DNA from: Acidimicrobiales bacterium
GTDB lineage: Bacteria; Actinomycetota; Acidimicrobiia; Acidimicrobiales; RAAP-2
Assembly (NCBI GenBank): GCA_035503015.1
Contig: DATJTU010000118.1
Coordinates: 573 to 64,572 of the forward strand
DNA length: 64,000 nt
Direction of reading: 5' to 3'
Shown: in pieces, positions 63,999 through 64,000 of the stretch
Layout of the letters: each line of letters opens with the position of its first letter
Position numbering within the stretch: position 1 is the first letter of the stretch
Translations under genes and position numbers: made by a program
The notes under the pieces: model-generated
What the model saw: only the letters and a program-made list of their open reading frames with translations
Told to the model about the DNA's origin: nothing
Database searches by the model: none

Positions 63999-64000
63999 TC

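Overview
This is a very GC-rich, actinobacterial-type chromosomal segment. Third codon positions are almost all G/C, and many adjacent genes share GTGA or ATGA start/stop overlaps. I saw no rRNA, tRNA, CRISPR array, transposase or integrase.

**nt 1-11000:** ordinary conserved genes. These are a GNAT, a DinB-family protein, a membrane protein, a Gfo/Idh/MocA oxidoreductase, a 4-gene ATP-grasp / alpha-E / transglutaminase / ACT operon, an orphan DxD protein, mdh and icd.

**nt 11059-28963 and 47843-63998:** two arms of one large cell-surface glycan locus.
- Export and initiation: Wzm/Wzt ABC exporter and a WecA-like initiating transferase.
- Glycosyltransferases: four GT4, three tandem GT14 (Core-2/I-branching type), and GT2-like and other GT-A proteins.
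- Sulfation: four sulfotransferase domains, including two reciprocal glycosyltransferase-sulfotransferase fusions.
- Other tailoring: AsnB-type amidotransferase, formyltransferase, two SAM methyltransferases and a deacetylase.
- Precursor synthesis: PglF/CapD-like dehydratase, DegT aminotransferase, GNAT, nucleotide-sugar dehydrogenase and epimerase.

**nt 29041-47824 (between the arms):** an envelope block. It holds a GH18 protein, lipoproteins and a translationally coupled pstC-pstA-pstB operon. That operon continues into PstS, a 909-aa PstS-fold giant, a sortase homologue lacking its catalytic His and Cys, and a lipoprotein. A third divergent PstS-fold protein, an Ig-repeat protein and a beta-helix lipoprotein are also here.

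**Most interesting candidates:**
- The GT14 / sulfotransferase assembly line, which predicts a sulfated, heavily tailored glycan.
- The pst-linked dead-sortase / giant-PstS operon.

All family calls come from motif recognition by eye. None has been checked by HMM or database search.
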